A DNA stretch of 64,000 nt from Guillardia theta CCMP2712 (GCF_000315625.1 NW_005434595.1:341719-405718); one strand, 5' to 3'. Shown: positions 1 through 13,734, counted from the stretch's first letter. Notes: generated by a model from the letters alone, not told the origin. Program-made: numbers and translations.

Positions 1-3000
1 CTGTCCAGTAGACGTACCAACTCGTTATCTTACTGAGCCAGGCCTCTTCTCTTCCGCGCGACCTCCCCTCGAGCAGGCGAGAGTGAATGAAGGAGTTGAG
101 GGCGAGCATGCTGCATCCCGCGACTGTAGGGGCCCACGAGAGAGAGAGGAGAGGAGGGGAGCTGAGAGCGTTCTTGGCATGCAGCTTGATCTCGACGTAA
201 CGATCGCCGGACGAGGAGACACCATGCTCGTCAAGATACAAAGTCAGGGCATCAGCCCTGAGGATCTGATCGCTCCCTTCCTGCAAGACTTTGGTCTCGC
301 TCCCTTGTGGTCCCTGTGAGAGACTCTCACGATCCATGAGTAAGAAACAAATCGCACCTGGTTGAACGTCCTCTTGTCCCTCTGCAGCCAATCCATCCTA
401 CCTCTTCCTCCATTCGAACAGAGCACATATTGACTTGACTTCCACTTCCCCACTGAACAATCCACACACTCCAACCTCGTCTGACTTCCAACAATCTGCT
501 AACAGGGTTACAATCATTCCACAACAGAAGTGAAGAAGACCTTCACTTGTACGAGAGGGTTTGAGTTGTTGTTGTTTGCAACTTCGATGTCTTGCATTGT
601 AACCAAGCTTCCTCCGGTCACATGCACTCCCTGTTTGTTGTTGCCCGCGATCCTCCCACCTTGTATTTGGAGCTCCGTGTGCATACCGTCTACCTTGAGC
701 CCTTCAGCTCGGTTTGCTAAAAAGCAAGACTCGCGTGAGGAGCATGTTGACTGCTCGATGGCTTGCATGCCTGCTTCTCCGTTGTTGGAGACGGAAGTGC
801 GATCGAGAGAAAGGAGAGAGTCTGATCCTGCCACTTGTACTCCATGTCGGTAGTTGGAGGTGACGCTGCAGTCGATGAGATTGGCGCCTCCCCCGTGAGC
901 TACCATCACTCCGTTGAGCAGGTTCGTATGGAAGGAAGATGATTCTGCATGCAGCAACGGCTTTCCAAACGATTGAGTGGCCATGTGGCTGGATTGGACG
1001 GGCATGCCCCCTGGCTGGGGGCGAGAAGAAGCATCGTCCTCAACTCGGACATCTCTGTCGCAGTACACACTGTAAGCTCCATGGCCTCGACAATTCCTTA
1101 CAACAGACGAGATCATTTTCACTCGCCCGCCATTGTGAGCAACAACTCCATGCTTTCCACAGTCTTCGATGATGCTGTTATGGATGATAACATGTGCGAT
1201 GGGACCAACACAAACTCCATTGTAGTCTGCGCTCTTAACTCGGCAGTCGTTCAGTATCATCTCTCCCCCTCGCTCCACCATGATAGCGCACATTTCGATG
1301 TTGCTTTGGATCAGCTTAAACTTCCTCTCTACTTCCTTGTGTTCAACAGCAATGCTCTGCAACTTTTCTTGAAGCTCACTGATCTCCAACTTTGTCTGAT
1401 GAAACTCACTCTCCAGTAACGACACGTGATCTCTTTGCTCACAAACGAAGTCATCCACAACTTGATTCACCATCTCTTCAATGAGATTCAGGATTATTGA
1501 CCGTTGGCTGATGAACGCATCGGAGCCCTGTGAAAGAGAAAGCTTCACCGAAGATTGATCCATCTGCCCAGCAAAGTTTAAAAGAACAGCGACAAATTTC
1601 ATCCCGGCCTTACTGATTCGGAGTTTTCTTTCAACCTCAGCTTTTCTTTCTTGAGCAGGCGCTCAAGGTGATGTATGTGTGTCTTCAGAGAAGCAGCACG
1701 ATTGTCTCTCTCGGCGTCATGCAGCAACTGCAGGTAGAAGAGAAGCTGCTTGAGAAGCGACGCGTATAGCTTGAAAGAATCTCTGCAGCAACACGACAAT
1801 CACCACAGGCTTCCCCCCTTCTCCCCCAAGGACTACCTGCCAGTTTGCTCTACTCGTGATCGACATGTCTTGAATCGATAGAAAGCAGGGAGCTCCTACT
1901 CGTCCCGTCATCATCTTCCCTCACTCGCCGCATGCATTACCTTTCCTTCGTCCCCTGGAAGCGACTGCCCCCTCCCTTCCGCCTCCTCTCCTCCTCCCGC
2001 TCCCTGCTCGTGCTCCCAGTGCGCCCCCATGACACCTGGTGCAAGACGATCCATGCGGAACCCGGCAGGAGCAGAGCTGGAGACGTCGCCCCCTTGAACC
2101 ACCATGAGACCGTTGAGCGTCACGCCTGGCAAACATCAGCGAGCGGACGAGACAGGAGCTTGAGCTACCGGGAGACGAGCAAATCACAACAGGAAGACCA
2201 GGATCAGTCTGAGTAAGGCTGACGCGATCTCTTGTCATCGCGATGACGTTGAGGGGCTTGTCAAGGACAAGGCTCTCCTCAAAGATCCCCTCCGACATCC
2301 CCAAAGTTCCTCCAGGCGCCACCGCAAGGATGGCCGGGCGGAGCTTCTCATGCGGGCCCACGAGAATTCGAGGCACATTATGCCTGTACCCTCGAGCACC
2401 GAACTGTGTTAAGCCAACCCTGAAGGCCGCGAAGGAGGAGCGAACGTTGAGCTTGATGCTGTCGGTGATGATGGGATCAAGCTCCAGGCGCTGAGTCTTA
2501 TCACTCTGAGCTTCAAGTTCAAAGTCGCGATAGTTTCCATCTGAAAACTCGAAAGAAAGAACAGAAATCCACTCCATCATGCAGTTTTCATGTGCAAATG
2601 ATTGCACAAGGTAAAAGTCGCTAATCACAACGCTGTGTTTGAAACGCAACGTGATCCATGCCCCGATGTTCTCTCGTTGACTTGCCCATCTCGTGCTGCC
2701 CCTGCGCACAATCAGCTGTCAGACCCAGGACGAGCAGGCGGGGGAAGGGAATCTCAACCCTTGAGCAAAGAGCACTGGGAGAGCAACAAGGGCGGGTGAT
2801 CGGGGCAAAGAGGCCAAGGGCTCTGAGAACGACAGACAACATGGGAGGGTTGAAAGAACTTGCCACAAGCAAACAGCCGAGAGGAAGCGAATGAGGAGAG
2901 GCAGGCGTGGAGTTCCTGGGGGAGGGAGCCTCACCTTCCATCGAAAAGCCTCTCGACACCACAATCTTCGCTCAGCTGCGAAGAAGCAGTCGCGCTCTCA

Positions 3001-6000
3001 AGATCTCCATGGTGAGGGTCGCAAAGATCGTGAAAAGGCTCAAAGCTGTCGTCCTCCAACGATTCATCCTCATCCTCCTCCCTATCTCCGGTGTCAGCTC
3101 TTGGTTCAGCTCTTCCTCCGTCAACGTCGCGCCCTGTCCTGAAGACCAACAGGTGGACGATAAGATCAATCTCTCCCTTCCCAAACGCCATGTTTGCTTC
3201 CGCCCACGAGCCCACAGCATCGACGTCACTAACGGAACCTGTTCGAGCACAGCCCAGGAAGCAGTCGAAAGATTTCTGATCGCGCAGGGGATGCATGCTT
3301 CCTCCGACTTGCTTGTAGCCGAACTCAGCGGCAGAGTGAAAGCTTTCCTTGAAGAGGTGGAGGAGACTGCTCCAAGAGGCATTCGCAAGCTCCATCTCAA
3401 GCTCACCCACACGTGTCCTACACCACCATGTGTCAACGACTTAACGAGGGAAGGGAAGGAAGAAACTGTCACTCACCTTCCTTCAACCAGCTTGATCATC
3501 AGGCGTGGGGGGCCTGGTTTCCTCCATTCGATACCATATGACATGCAAATGCGCTCAGAGACTTTGTCGATTGTTGATCTCACGAGTTGCTTGGACAGGA
3601 GATGAGAAGTTTTCTTCAGTCTCTGAGCCTCTTCAAAGTTGTGCTCGTCGATGAGTTTGCGATACTCATTCCGCAATCTCCTCCACGTCTCTTCATCTTC
3701 TCTTCTGGTTTCCCCAGCAAGCCCTTGCATGTCAAAAACCCTCCATTTGTTGGCAAGACTCGATGCCCACGAGCTGTGCTGATCCTGGTCGGGGGCTTGC
3801 AAGAGGCTTGCCTGGATCACCGTCATCACTTCCACCCATGGCGAGGCAACCGAATGCAAGAAAGCGAAACCAACGGCTGACCCACGTGGCACATCAAAGG
3901 CAACAAAGAGATTCCTATCCATCTTGGTCAACCTCGACATGTCGTCCAGAAACTCATCGATACTTGAATCGACTACTCGAAACTTACTCGAGCCTCCGAA
4001 GGATAAGATGACAGGTCCAGGAGCTTTCCCTCTGATCCCCAACCTCTCTTGAACCGCAGAGACTGATACCTCCATCGTTTCTCCTTCTTCGAGAAAGACG
4101 ACCTGCTGTGAATTTCGGATGCATGCAGCAAGTTTGCGAGGGGCTGTATGCTGCCCATGCAGGATGAAAATGTCCTTCTTTGCACAACAAGCGAAGACAA
4201 GCTCTATAACATTGCGAGCGCAGAAGAAGAAATTGTTGTCAAGGAGAAGAACGAGGGCGGCAGAGCCTCCGACCCCGACATCCAACCAGTCCTGCAACTT
4301 GAGATCAGAGGAGTAGCAGAATGAAGTGAGATATCAAGTCAGATCAATCAAGTGAGATCTTCTCACCGGCATCGGAAGGGGATGATGGTTTTCATCAACA
4401 GGACGATCAGATTCTTGTACAAACTGTTCCTCACTCCAAGACAAATAATGCGAAGACCTAAAGCAGCTTGAAAGTGTCGCTCGCCTCGCTGCATCTGAGG
4501 AGGTTGAATAGAGATGTCCACCAGAAGTACATGTGAAGTCCCTCCACATCCTCTTAACCTTTTCTATCACCATTTCTGCATTCTCAGACAACGAACCGAT
4601 GCACCAGTGCAGAAATCTGGCGAGGGAGGGCACCTCCCATTCATGGTGCAAAGAAGCTAGGATTTTGATAGGATGAAGAGCCGACGTCGCAATCTTTACC
4701 TGGCTCAGATTACCGACGAGCTCTAGCTTTGAAAGCAATTGATCATCATGCCTTGCCAATCCCAGCAAATCATGAGCAAAGATCGCCTGCAGTCAACATC
4801 ATCCAACAACAGCTGATGCAAGGAAGCAATCAAAGACCTGGAAATCTTGCTCGATTGAATCTTCAATGTGATGAACAACTTGATCATCGGAGACTGCCGA
4901 CACGTGGAAACAAGACAAAACGAAAGCATCCATGACGAGCCGAGAGATATGGAGGCTGTCGGCGTGGTCATCATCCGTCATCGTCCGAGAGAGTAGCAGC
5001 AACCCTCCTTGCTGGAAGAACAATGATCTCAAGCTCTCATTTAAAGCAAGTTGTCGCATCGCCACAGCATGTACAAGGCGCTTCGATAGACAAACAACTT
5101 CCACGTCCATCGACCTCTGTAGCACGTCTTGCGAGGATTCTCTCCCGACCTTGGCAGTCGTCTTTCGGCTCATTTGAGATTGAGAAGTCGTAGGTACTTC
5201 AGCTTCTTCCCAGCTAACTCCGTCAACTCCGAATGATGTGTTGTTCAATTCGCTTGTTTGCAGGGCATGGTCGATAAAATCAACAAGAAGTTTTTTCAGA
5301 TCCGGAAGGAAAGAAGAAACGAAGCGAGCATGAGAGCTGGGTACTTCGAAGGAGTGAAACAACAAAATGAAGCTTGTGAGAAACGCAAAGGAGATTGAGT
5401 TGTCACTGTGAGCATCTTTTGTGGTGATCCGGGATAGGAAAAGAAAGAAATCAGAAGCTAACTCATCCTCGATACAGGCAGCTGGGAGCTCTGGATCCTC
5501 CAGAGAAATTATTCCAATGAGACGGAAGCAATCTGCTGCAAGGCGATAGCTGCTAAGCTCGAGGGCAGAGAATTCAACAACCTCTTGAGACGAAAACCTT
5601 CATCACAATGTCATCAATGCATACATAATCAGGGAAGTACCTATCATCTTCATCTCCGGCAACTGACTCATACACACGGAAGGTTGAAGTAGAAGCTTTG
5701 TGGTTTCTGGGCGTTGAACATATACAATTTCTAACAAACTTTTGAAAGCAAGACTGCGAAAACGATGGGAAATGCTGTTGAACGACACTGATAACCTTCG
5801 ATGAGGACAACAAGAGATTATTCAAGAGCAACACGAGCGGATGTTTGTGAGCAAACATGTCGCTATCATCCAGAAGGAGTAGCACAAGCAGGTCTACACC
5901 TCCCATGCTGACGAAGGCATCCGACGCGTCTTGATTCTTGCAAATGATTTGGGAGATGGAGAAGATTGCCTGGTCCTGGAGAGCAGATAGGACTTGCTTG

Positions 6001-9000
6001 TTCGAGGCATGCAGAACAGTCTCGATAGGAACAAAGTGAAACTGGAGAGGCGGACGACCGCCATGCCCGAGAACAATGCCGAGAGCCAGGAAGATGAGGT
6101 GAAGCAAGGCATTCTGGGAGATCAGACGATCCTGATACTCCTTCCTCTGCGTGCTAATTTCCCCCACCGTGAACCCAAGGTTCTCTCTTACCTTGAGGAG
6201 GATCGGAAAGTCCACGACAAGGTGCCTGTCAACACGGATCCAACGCTTCTGACTGTCTAGGAGCAGCTGAGGAGATATCGCATTGACAGCGGGTGCCTGT
6301 CCATCTGAGTTGCCACCGGAGTTTTGCTGATTCTGTTGATCCTGCGCCTCTTGCAAAGAACTCAACAGCGAGACGAATTCACGATGAGTGGAAGAATGAG
6401 ACGGACCCTTACAGCCTTTCTGGATATCTTCACCACTGGCGAACATGAGCAGCACTTCGCACATCTTCGTTCTTAAAACCATCATTCTATGATTCTTTCG
6501 AGCCAGATGCCCTCGAAAAACGCTCTGCAAATGAGATGCAGTCCTTGTCAAAGAAAGCAAAGGAAGGCATCAACAAAATTACCTGTACAAGACAAGCTGA
6601 GCCAGATTGCGCGCTCAGATTGATGCGGATCTTCTCAATTGCTTGGTCAAAGATGAAGTCGAAGACATCAACAAAATCAAAATTCTCTTCTGCAAGCGCC
6701 AGAGAGAAGATGGAAACGGAGATCTCCCCTCTTCGTCCCTCGCGACGTATCTGATAGCCTCGTTCATACGGCACGACCGCGATGCTGTCCGGACTTTCTT
6801 TCCAGCCGATGACACAAACTTTGCCCGTATGACTGTCATCATCTTGCCACTTGGCCAGCTGAAAGTCTCCTCCTTGTCCTGCATTGTAAACAAATTCTTC
6901 TCCTGTCGCGTTCCACTTCACAACTGCTCGCAAGGTGCCTGCTCGGACTGCAACACTCTCACACAGAAGCTCTTGATGTATCCTCCTGCCTCCTGCCTCC
7001 TCCTGTGCTCTTGCTAGAGCCACAATGACGCCTGGGCCATCCCCCGTCACTCGTAGAGCGTCAGGAACATTGGTAATGAAGCGAGAGGAGGGGACCACCA
7101 TCATTCCCGTCGCTACCGGGCAGCTGGTAGTGCCCACTAACATTTCATCACTGATAGCGACGAGATCGAACAAGCCTCCTTGTCCAATGCTGTACTCCTC
7201 TAGCTCGCGACTGCTGTCCCACACGACCTGACATTTCCCCCCCCTCACTTCCACCATTGTCCCACGGTTGCTGGGGTTGACATAGAGCCTGGAAGTCGCT
7301 TCGTTGGATAATCGCACGCGAGTTCCAGGTTCAGGAGCGACATCAACTGCAATCAAAGGCGCAACGTCGTCCTGCTGCAATAGGTTGGATCTTGAGATTA
7401 GGAATCTAGCCAGGAAGCTTCTCTGCAAGTCCAGAATCTTTTGGATCACTGCAATCCTGCTGGTTTGAAAAGGAGAGGAGATCAGTGAAGGCAGCAAAGC
7501 CACGGAGGACTTGGAGAGACAGACATTCAACCCGATATCCGCCTTGATCTATAAAAAAAATCATCACAGTGCAACGCAACGCAAAACATAAGTCTTTGGT
7601 CATTCAGGGGAAACGCACTCACATGCTTGCCCAGTAGGACTTCGGTTTCAGACGGCAAAACTAGGCAGAGATGATATTCCTTGTTCGCACCTGCTTTGTA
7701 CAAGTCTTTCTTACCACTCCTATCCCACACAACCTCACAGAGACTTCCCATGCTCGCATTCTTGACTTTGACCGAGTACACTGTGCCCATCCCGCCCATA
7801 GAATCTTCAAGCATTTTGGGTTTCAACACGCGTACTTCATCCGTGAAGCGAACACGCATTCCAACTTCAGGTGTACAACCTTGCTTTCCCACGACAAAAT
7901 CTTGATCTTCTCGTAAAATACCACCATGATGTATGACGTTCTTCCACCCGATTGTACTGTACTGATTCGTCTTGATCCAGCAGATTCTGAGGATGAGCTG
8001 TTCTTCGCAGTGTTCAAGCAGGTCTACCACGATTCCTGGCCCATCTGCAGACTTCATAGCAAGATTCCTTCTGTTGGGATCCATGTATGAACGTTTGGAA
8101 ACGAAAACTCGCATCCCCACGTGTGGTCGATCACCAGTCCTAAATCGCTTGTTCCCAAACTCGTCCCTTAACATCGCTTGGAGACGTGGAAGGGCATGTG
8201 CATAAACACTAGGGTCGACTAACGTGTTTCCTACAGTTGTTTCAACATCCAAACTATGATTCGATGAGCTGTTTGGCAGCCACCGAACTTTGAAAGACGC
8301 TTCCCCCTCGCGGCTGACAACTCTCCCATACTCATGCACAGATTCATTCACTCGAAGCACTAGCTGTCCAACCCTCAATCTGTTGCCATCCGTGTAAGCA
8401 AGTTGAACGTGACCAGCAGGCAGCCGTTGCTCAACTATCAGCCATGTCTCATGCCAGAAAATCTGTACAGAGGAAGCATGTACTGACAAAATCGTTCCCC
8501 AGCCTTGCCCTCTGCCGCTTGCTAATTTCTCTTCTCTACTTGCTTGATTGTTGTAACAGACAAGATGACCCACCTGATGCCAATTGTTAGATCTTAAAAC
8601 GTTTGGTATTCTTCACCTGGAATGTCACATTGCTGGTTTCAGATTTCTTTGGAATGATTTTATCCGACGGGTGGCAACCAAGTTCCTTGCCATTTCTTGA
8701 AATCTCCTTGACGCAGGTAACTGCAGGGAAAGATGCCTTCCATTCATCCAACCTGTGAAAAAGAGGCAACCTTCCTTCAAACAAGGAGCCTTCCCCTCCT
8801 ACCCCTGTGTAGAAGAAAAAAACCATCGCATTTGTGGACCCGGGCTCCACTGTGAAGAGTTCGACCACTCTTGACGAGATCTTCTCACTCTTGATATCCA
8901 GAAAGCGATCCACCTCATGTTCGACGGAGTGAATCCAATCTGTAACGTTTGATATCTCTATAGGGTCAGTATGGAGGGTAATCCAGAGGCCGATATAACA

Positions 9001-9027
9001 TTCGTCACTACCCTGGCTCTCCCTCAT
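1..9027 (-). CDS. Giant multi-exon multidomain protein: SEA-like N-terminus, Mib-HERC2/SH3-like repeats, IQ motif, helical region, discoidin (F5/8C-like) domain, right-handed beta-helix interrupted by a coiled coil; 3' end runs off the window
   Basis: Minus-strand ORFs 8587-9027, 7527-8573, 6487-7530, 5574-6560, 4799-5365, 4334-4768, 3473-4297, 2931-3410, 1921-2709 and 514-1602 follow one another. Checked junctions join via GT-AG introns (e.g. 2702-2934 gives ERLFDGR|GSTRWASQ). Motifs: VGMRV...GTV...CEVVWD...YKAG...YHLCLV (Mib-HERC2-like); LQSVFRGHLARK (IQ); ATASSQ...LFDG...TRWAS...WITLRF (discoidin); N-x-x-x-G-V beta-helix repeats. Confidence 0.75.
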
Positions 9028-9284
9028 CGCTTTTCAATGACAGGATGTTTTCTTCCCCAACTCTTTTCAGCGAAGCTGTTTGGAGGGTTCGTATCCCCTT
9101 TGCTACTATCTTCGCTCTTCTCTGTTACCTCCCCTTTCCCACCATGAAGCCCTCCGCCCATGTCGGGCGTTCAACTGTTGGGGTAAATCAACAGCGAACG
9201 GGTTCCCCTCAGAACAAATATGCTAAGTGAAGTTGGGACAGCATTTTGTTGACTGAGAGTACTATAGTTCTTTTTGAGCCTATT

Positions 9285-9910
9285 CGGGCGCAGCCGGCCG
9301 GGCCCGGGTGCCCGGCCGATCGGATCCCGGCGATCATCTCGAGTCCCGGTCCGGGACACTGTGCCAGTGACGGTGACCGTACAGTACGGTCTAGTATGCC
9401 GGATACGCGGGCGCATGGTGCCAAGTGACCGTGAATCCGAACAGAGATGATCATCGTCCGACCGAGGCTTGGCAACCGGCGCCAGTGAACTCGGAGTCAT
9501 GCTGCTGATGATCGGATCGGATCACCTCAGCCTAGTCCAAGGGTCAATACTATTGAAATTACTTCACATTGAAGACACCCGGCACAGCTTCACTGTCACT
9601 GCCTGCTTCCGATAAGTTCCATACCGTGACTGAGTCACGAGTCGTGTTTCGGAACTTCGGAAGTTCACGGTTGTCCGACCGTCCTCAACAGTAGTAGTGA
9701 GCTTTGGCCCTTGCCGCCAGCCAGCACAGACTGTCCGATCACTCCCCCCACCCCGGCCCGGTGTGACCGGGGCGGGGGCAGAGGCCGATGGCCGCCGGGC
9801 CGGCCCGGTGCTCGGACCGTCGATTCCGGACTCAGACCCGGTGACCGGGGATCTGATACCTATACCCCGCCGGGATCTGATGGGGGCCAGCATGGGGGGT
9901 GGGGTACTTG
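9285..9910. repeat. GC-rich palindrome-dense intergenic element A
   Basis: Dense short palindromes and micro-duplications (gccggccgggcccggg, cggtgaccg, gatcggatcggatc, tgactgagtca, ggaacttcggaagttc); ORFs here look non-protein-like. Confidence 0.6.
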
Positions 9911-10371
9911 TATGATGGGGCTATGTGCTCTTTCTATTTCGGACGAGTCCTCTAATTCGGGCGCCAGCAGTCCATGGCAGCGTCGAGTTCAGGTACGGCA
10001 AGCACGCTTAGACAGCTGGTGATGTTGGCGAAATGATAGAACAGTGCTGTGCTAGAAGTAGAAAATGAATGGAATGATGAGCAGATACTGTACGAAAGGC
10101 AGTAGCGCTAGTTCGTGTGTGGTAACTGATTGTGATGTGTTGCTTGTGTAGACAGCAACAAAGATGAAAGTTGATTCGAAAATTACATCTTGCAGTAGCC
10201 TGACCAAAACAAATTTTCTGCACAATTTTTCTGATCGATTGCTTTTTTAGGCCATCACTATGGCGCAAATCAAAGATGGGAAACTTTCGAAGTAGTGGTC
10301 ATACTTGTTTTCTCCTGGTGTGCTCGTCTGATTTGTGAGTGCAGACTCGTCGAACAGGTCGGAAGGCAAAT

Positions 10372-11497
10372 ATGCAACAGGTTGCCATTGGCATCCTAGT
10401 CAGCACACTTGCTCTGGCAGCAGCTATCGTTTCCTTTAGTCCTGACTCGGGATCGAATTCTCAACGCCCAAAGCTGGCTGGTCACAGAGCTCCTCCGGGT
10501 GTGAAATCATTCGACTCTATGACTCATCTTTGACCAACTTTCTCAGGCTTGATATCACTTGGAAGGTTTCAGGGCCTTGCCGAAGTAAGCAGTTCAAACA
10601 GCAGTACAGGATCAAGCAATTCGTCTGCTCCAACAGTAGCGGCTGCTGCTCCTGCTGAAACCGCATCTCCTGCTGCTGCCACAAGTTCTGATGTCAAGAA
10701 CAACTCAGAGGATGATCAAGCACCAAAAGAGAAGACCCAGATTCAGGATGAAAATGGTCTTAGCATCGCTGCCGGCATATGGGCACAAGGTCATCCACAA
10801 GGAGCAGCTATGGCCAACACATTGCAGTATGTCGGAGGCTTTCTCACGCTTGTTGGAGTGGCGTTCCTGCTTTACAGTGAGATCAATACTGTATTCTTTT
10901 ATCGGGACAAGGATGCTGTCAAGGCTGCAGATTTACAGGGAATTCACGATTGTTTAAGTGCGCGCTACTTGGAGAGGGAGTTGTGGTGGGGAAAGGGATT
11001 GCAATCTCAGTGGCGCGTCACTCTTTCTGGGATCGGGATAGCAGGAATCCTCTTGGGCACTTACTTGTCGTTTTCGTCTGAATGTCCTATGGTTGCGTAC
11101 TTGCAGGCCCATTATGACATGTCCCAGACTACTTACTCAGGGAATTGTCCTGTGTTGGCCATTCTTTTGGCTATTGCCAACGGCATCGGACTTTCTTGTT
11201 TGCTGGCTGGAGTCTCTTGGTCTTGCACTCGATTGACGTACTCCCTGTTTCTGATCTTCATATCTGTCACCGAGGATTTTGTGAGCAGCAGTGATAGTCC
11301 AGCTATCTTGATCACTTGGATTTTGATTGTGTGCGCGTTCTTGGCAGGACTCTGGCATTACATTGAAAATTCAGAAAGTGAATCGGATGAGTCGAATCAA
11401 GGACTGTTGGGATCCAAACCTCGTGAATTTTGCTAGATCACAATGCGACGTTTCTGACGGCATTGGAGGACGGTCCTCGTTCACAGAGTCTGAATAA
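10372..11497 (+). CDS. Multi-pass membrane protein with signal peptide; TMEM43-like transmembrane segments
   Basis: Signal-like MQQVAIGILVSTLALAAA, a Ser/Ala-rich stalk, then about 5 hydrophobic helices in ORF 10549-11436. Last short exon is tentative. Confidence 0.65.
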
Positions 11498-12547
11498 GGA
11501 AAGTGTATTGTTTCCTTCTGACGAGTGTCAGAAGTCGCTGCTTCTGCATGCGTGCAGGCAGCGAAACCAATGACTCATGTAGATTTGCTATACCTTTAAC
11601 GCACCAAAATAAAATTCTTCTTGACAAAAAGTACTAAGTGGTATTTCCTACAATTGAAATGAACCTTCTCTGGATGATCTATTCCTATTCTCATGATGGA
11701 ACAGATATTCTCATCATGGAACAGCAGTTTTAGATTCCGACAGAACTCTGAACTTCCTTTGCTGTCAATGATGGGAGATTGAAGGTGTGTCATGCCGGAG
11801 CACGATCATGCGGATTGGAACTCACAGGCACGGCTGGTTTAATACCGACATCGCAAGATATGAGCAACTTTTGTACAACAGCAAGCAGATTTTGCGCTTG
11901 AAGAAGGAACCAAAAAGAACAGAAACGATGTTCACAAGGTAACCAGCAGTGGTATGGTGATTCTTGTCTTGATCTAGAGCATGTATGGCAGGACCTCGTA
12001 ATTCAACGGGTAACTCGTTTCCTGAGAACTAGGGGAAAGTAGAGGTCGAGGGCATGGCGGTAGCTGAGAAGGCAGAGGATGCAGGCCCTGATACAGACGA
12101 AAAAACAGATCCAGGTTGGCGATATCTATCCCTCGCTTGTCATTAGAAGAAAGGAAAATAAATGATCAGGCATGTCAAAAAGGGTCTACGAAGCTGAAGC
12201 TGAAGGAGTAGGACGAGGAGAGAGGGAGAGGAGAAGAGAGGTCGAAGGAGATGTACAGGATGAGATGGACAGGAATGATGGAGCGGGCAGTCAAGGAATC
12301 ACTTCGATGGTTTTCAGACAGCAAGCGCAAAGGCCTTGCCGGAGGAGGTTGCCGGAGTAAAAGAGACCTAAGACCAGTGAACGCATAAAGCAGCCTCTCA
12401 TTTATACTGCCACCCCACCCCCTTGTATACCCCTTTCTTACATGCCTACCCACCCACATTCCCACTAATACTCCATCGACCACCCCCGCTTTCCCTTTCC
12501 CCACCCTCACCCACGTGCGACCCTCAACTACGGCTTCCTACACGATC

Positions 12548-13534
12548 ATGCTGAGGTTAGCTATGTTGGGGATGGTGGTCGCCATGGGAGGAGCTCTTCG
12601 GGCACCACTTCCCCCTTCACGCCTTCCTTCCTCTTTCGTCACTTCCTCTCTCATCCCTCGGACCAGCTCTCCTCTTTCTTCTAAACCAGCGAATACGTAT
12701 GCTAAGCCTGTGAATCTACGAATGGGGAAAGCAGTGTTGGAAGAGGTTGGGCAAGAGCTTGATGGGCAGGGAAGGGCAAAAGCGACGGACTATTTCAAAC
12801 CCTTGGTCGAAGGAGATATTCTTGTGAGCACCAATGAACAGAAAGCAATTGTTGGGGTGTCATACTTTCTACTTGCTGCCCTCGCGGTCAAAGGCATTTG
12901 GATGCTTCCTGAACTAAGCGCATCAACCATGATAGCGACTCTGTCAGCTGTGGCTCTGGGATACGAGTTCGCAGATTTTGGATCTGGTGTTTACCATTGG
13001 GCCATGGACAACTATGGTACCAAGAACACACCTGTCTTCGGTACACAAATCGAAGCTTTTCAGGGTCACCATGAGCTTCCATGGACAATTACGTATCGTC
13101 AAGTCTGCAACAACATCTACAAGATTTGTCAAGCAACATCCCCGTTCTGTCTTGCTGGTATCCTTCTCCTGGACAACCCATACCTTATTCTCTGGATGAC
13201 GACTGCAATATGCTTTATCAACCTATCGCAGGAGTTGCACAAGTGGAGCCACATGAGTCCGTCACAGGTTAGTGCATGGATCAACTTTTTGCAAGATTGG
13301 AATGTTATCGTCTCGCGTAAGAGCCACTTGGCACATCATCGACCTCCATTTGATGGAAATTATTGTATTGTTTCGGGACATTGCAATTCCTTGTTAGACA
13401 ACTCGGGCTTCTTTCGGGGATTGGAATCGATTGTTTTCTCGATCACCGGCAACAAGCCTCGATGTGAAACAAATGAAAGACTCTTGCAGGACCGAGTTGA
13501 AAGTCTGGGCATCAAATCCAAAGGCGCACGCTGA
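12548..13534 (+). CDS. FAD4: Plastid-targeted FAD4/TMEM189(Kua)-family lipid desaturase
   Basis: His motifs ADFGSGVYHWAMDNYG, FQGHH, QELHKWSH, HLAHH and YCIVSGHCN; hydrophobic signal followed by a Ser/Pro-rich transit-like leader; intronless. Confidence 0.88.
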   Translation: MLRLAMLGMVVAMGGALRAPLPPSRLPSSFVTSSLIPRTSSPLSSKPANTYAKPVNLRMGKAVLEEVGQELDGQGRAKATDYFKPLVEGDILVSTNEQKAIVGVSYFLLAALAVKGIWMLPELSASTMIATLSAVALGYEFADFGSGVYHWAMDNYGTKNTPVFGTQIEAFQGHHELPWTITYRQVCNNIYKICQATSPFCLAGILLLDNPYLILWMTTAICFINLSQELHKWSHMSPSQVSAWINFLQDWNVIVSRKSHLAHHRPPFDGNYCIVSGHCNSLLDNSGFFRGLESIVFSITGNKPRCETNERLLQDRVESLGIKSKGAR

Positions 13535-13734
13535 GTTAAGAAGTGAAGAGAAGCAGATGTGAATACCTGGTGGGGAAGATGGAAGGACTAGAAATCATCC
13601 TTGTTGAGTTTGGAATATGAAGTGTAGATGAATTTAGATAGAAATATTTACTGTCATAAACCCACACATTTACTATCATGAGCACAGGCGCAACTTCGGC
13701 ATACCGAAAATTGTAAGAGTTCTGATACAAGATT

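Noticed and set aside
3473-4297. TIR-like domain in the giant gene (DIFILHG...IRNSQQVVFL)
   Set aside because: Only weak resemblance by eye; needs a profile search before it can be claimed.
11480-12100. Possible small-exon minus-strand gene
   Set aside because: Some splice-like signals are present, but I could not assemble a consistent frame or recognise a product.
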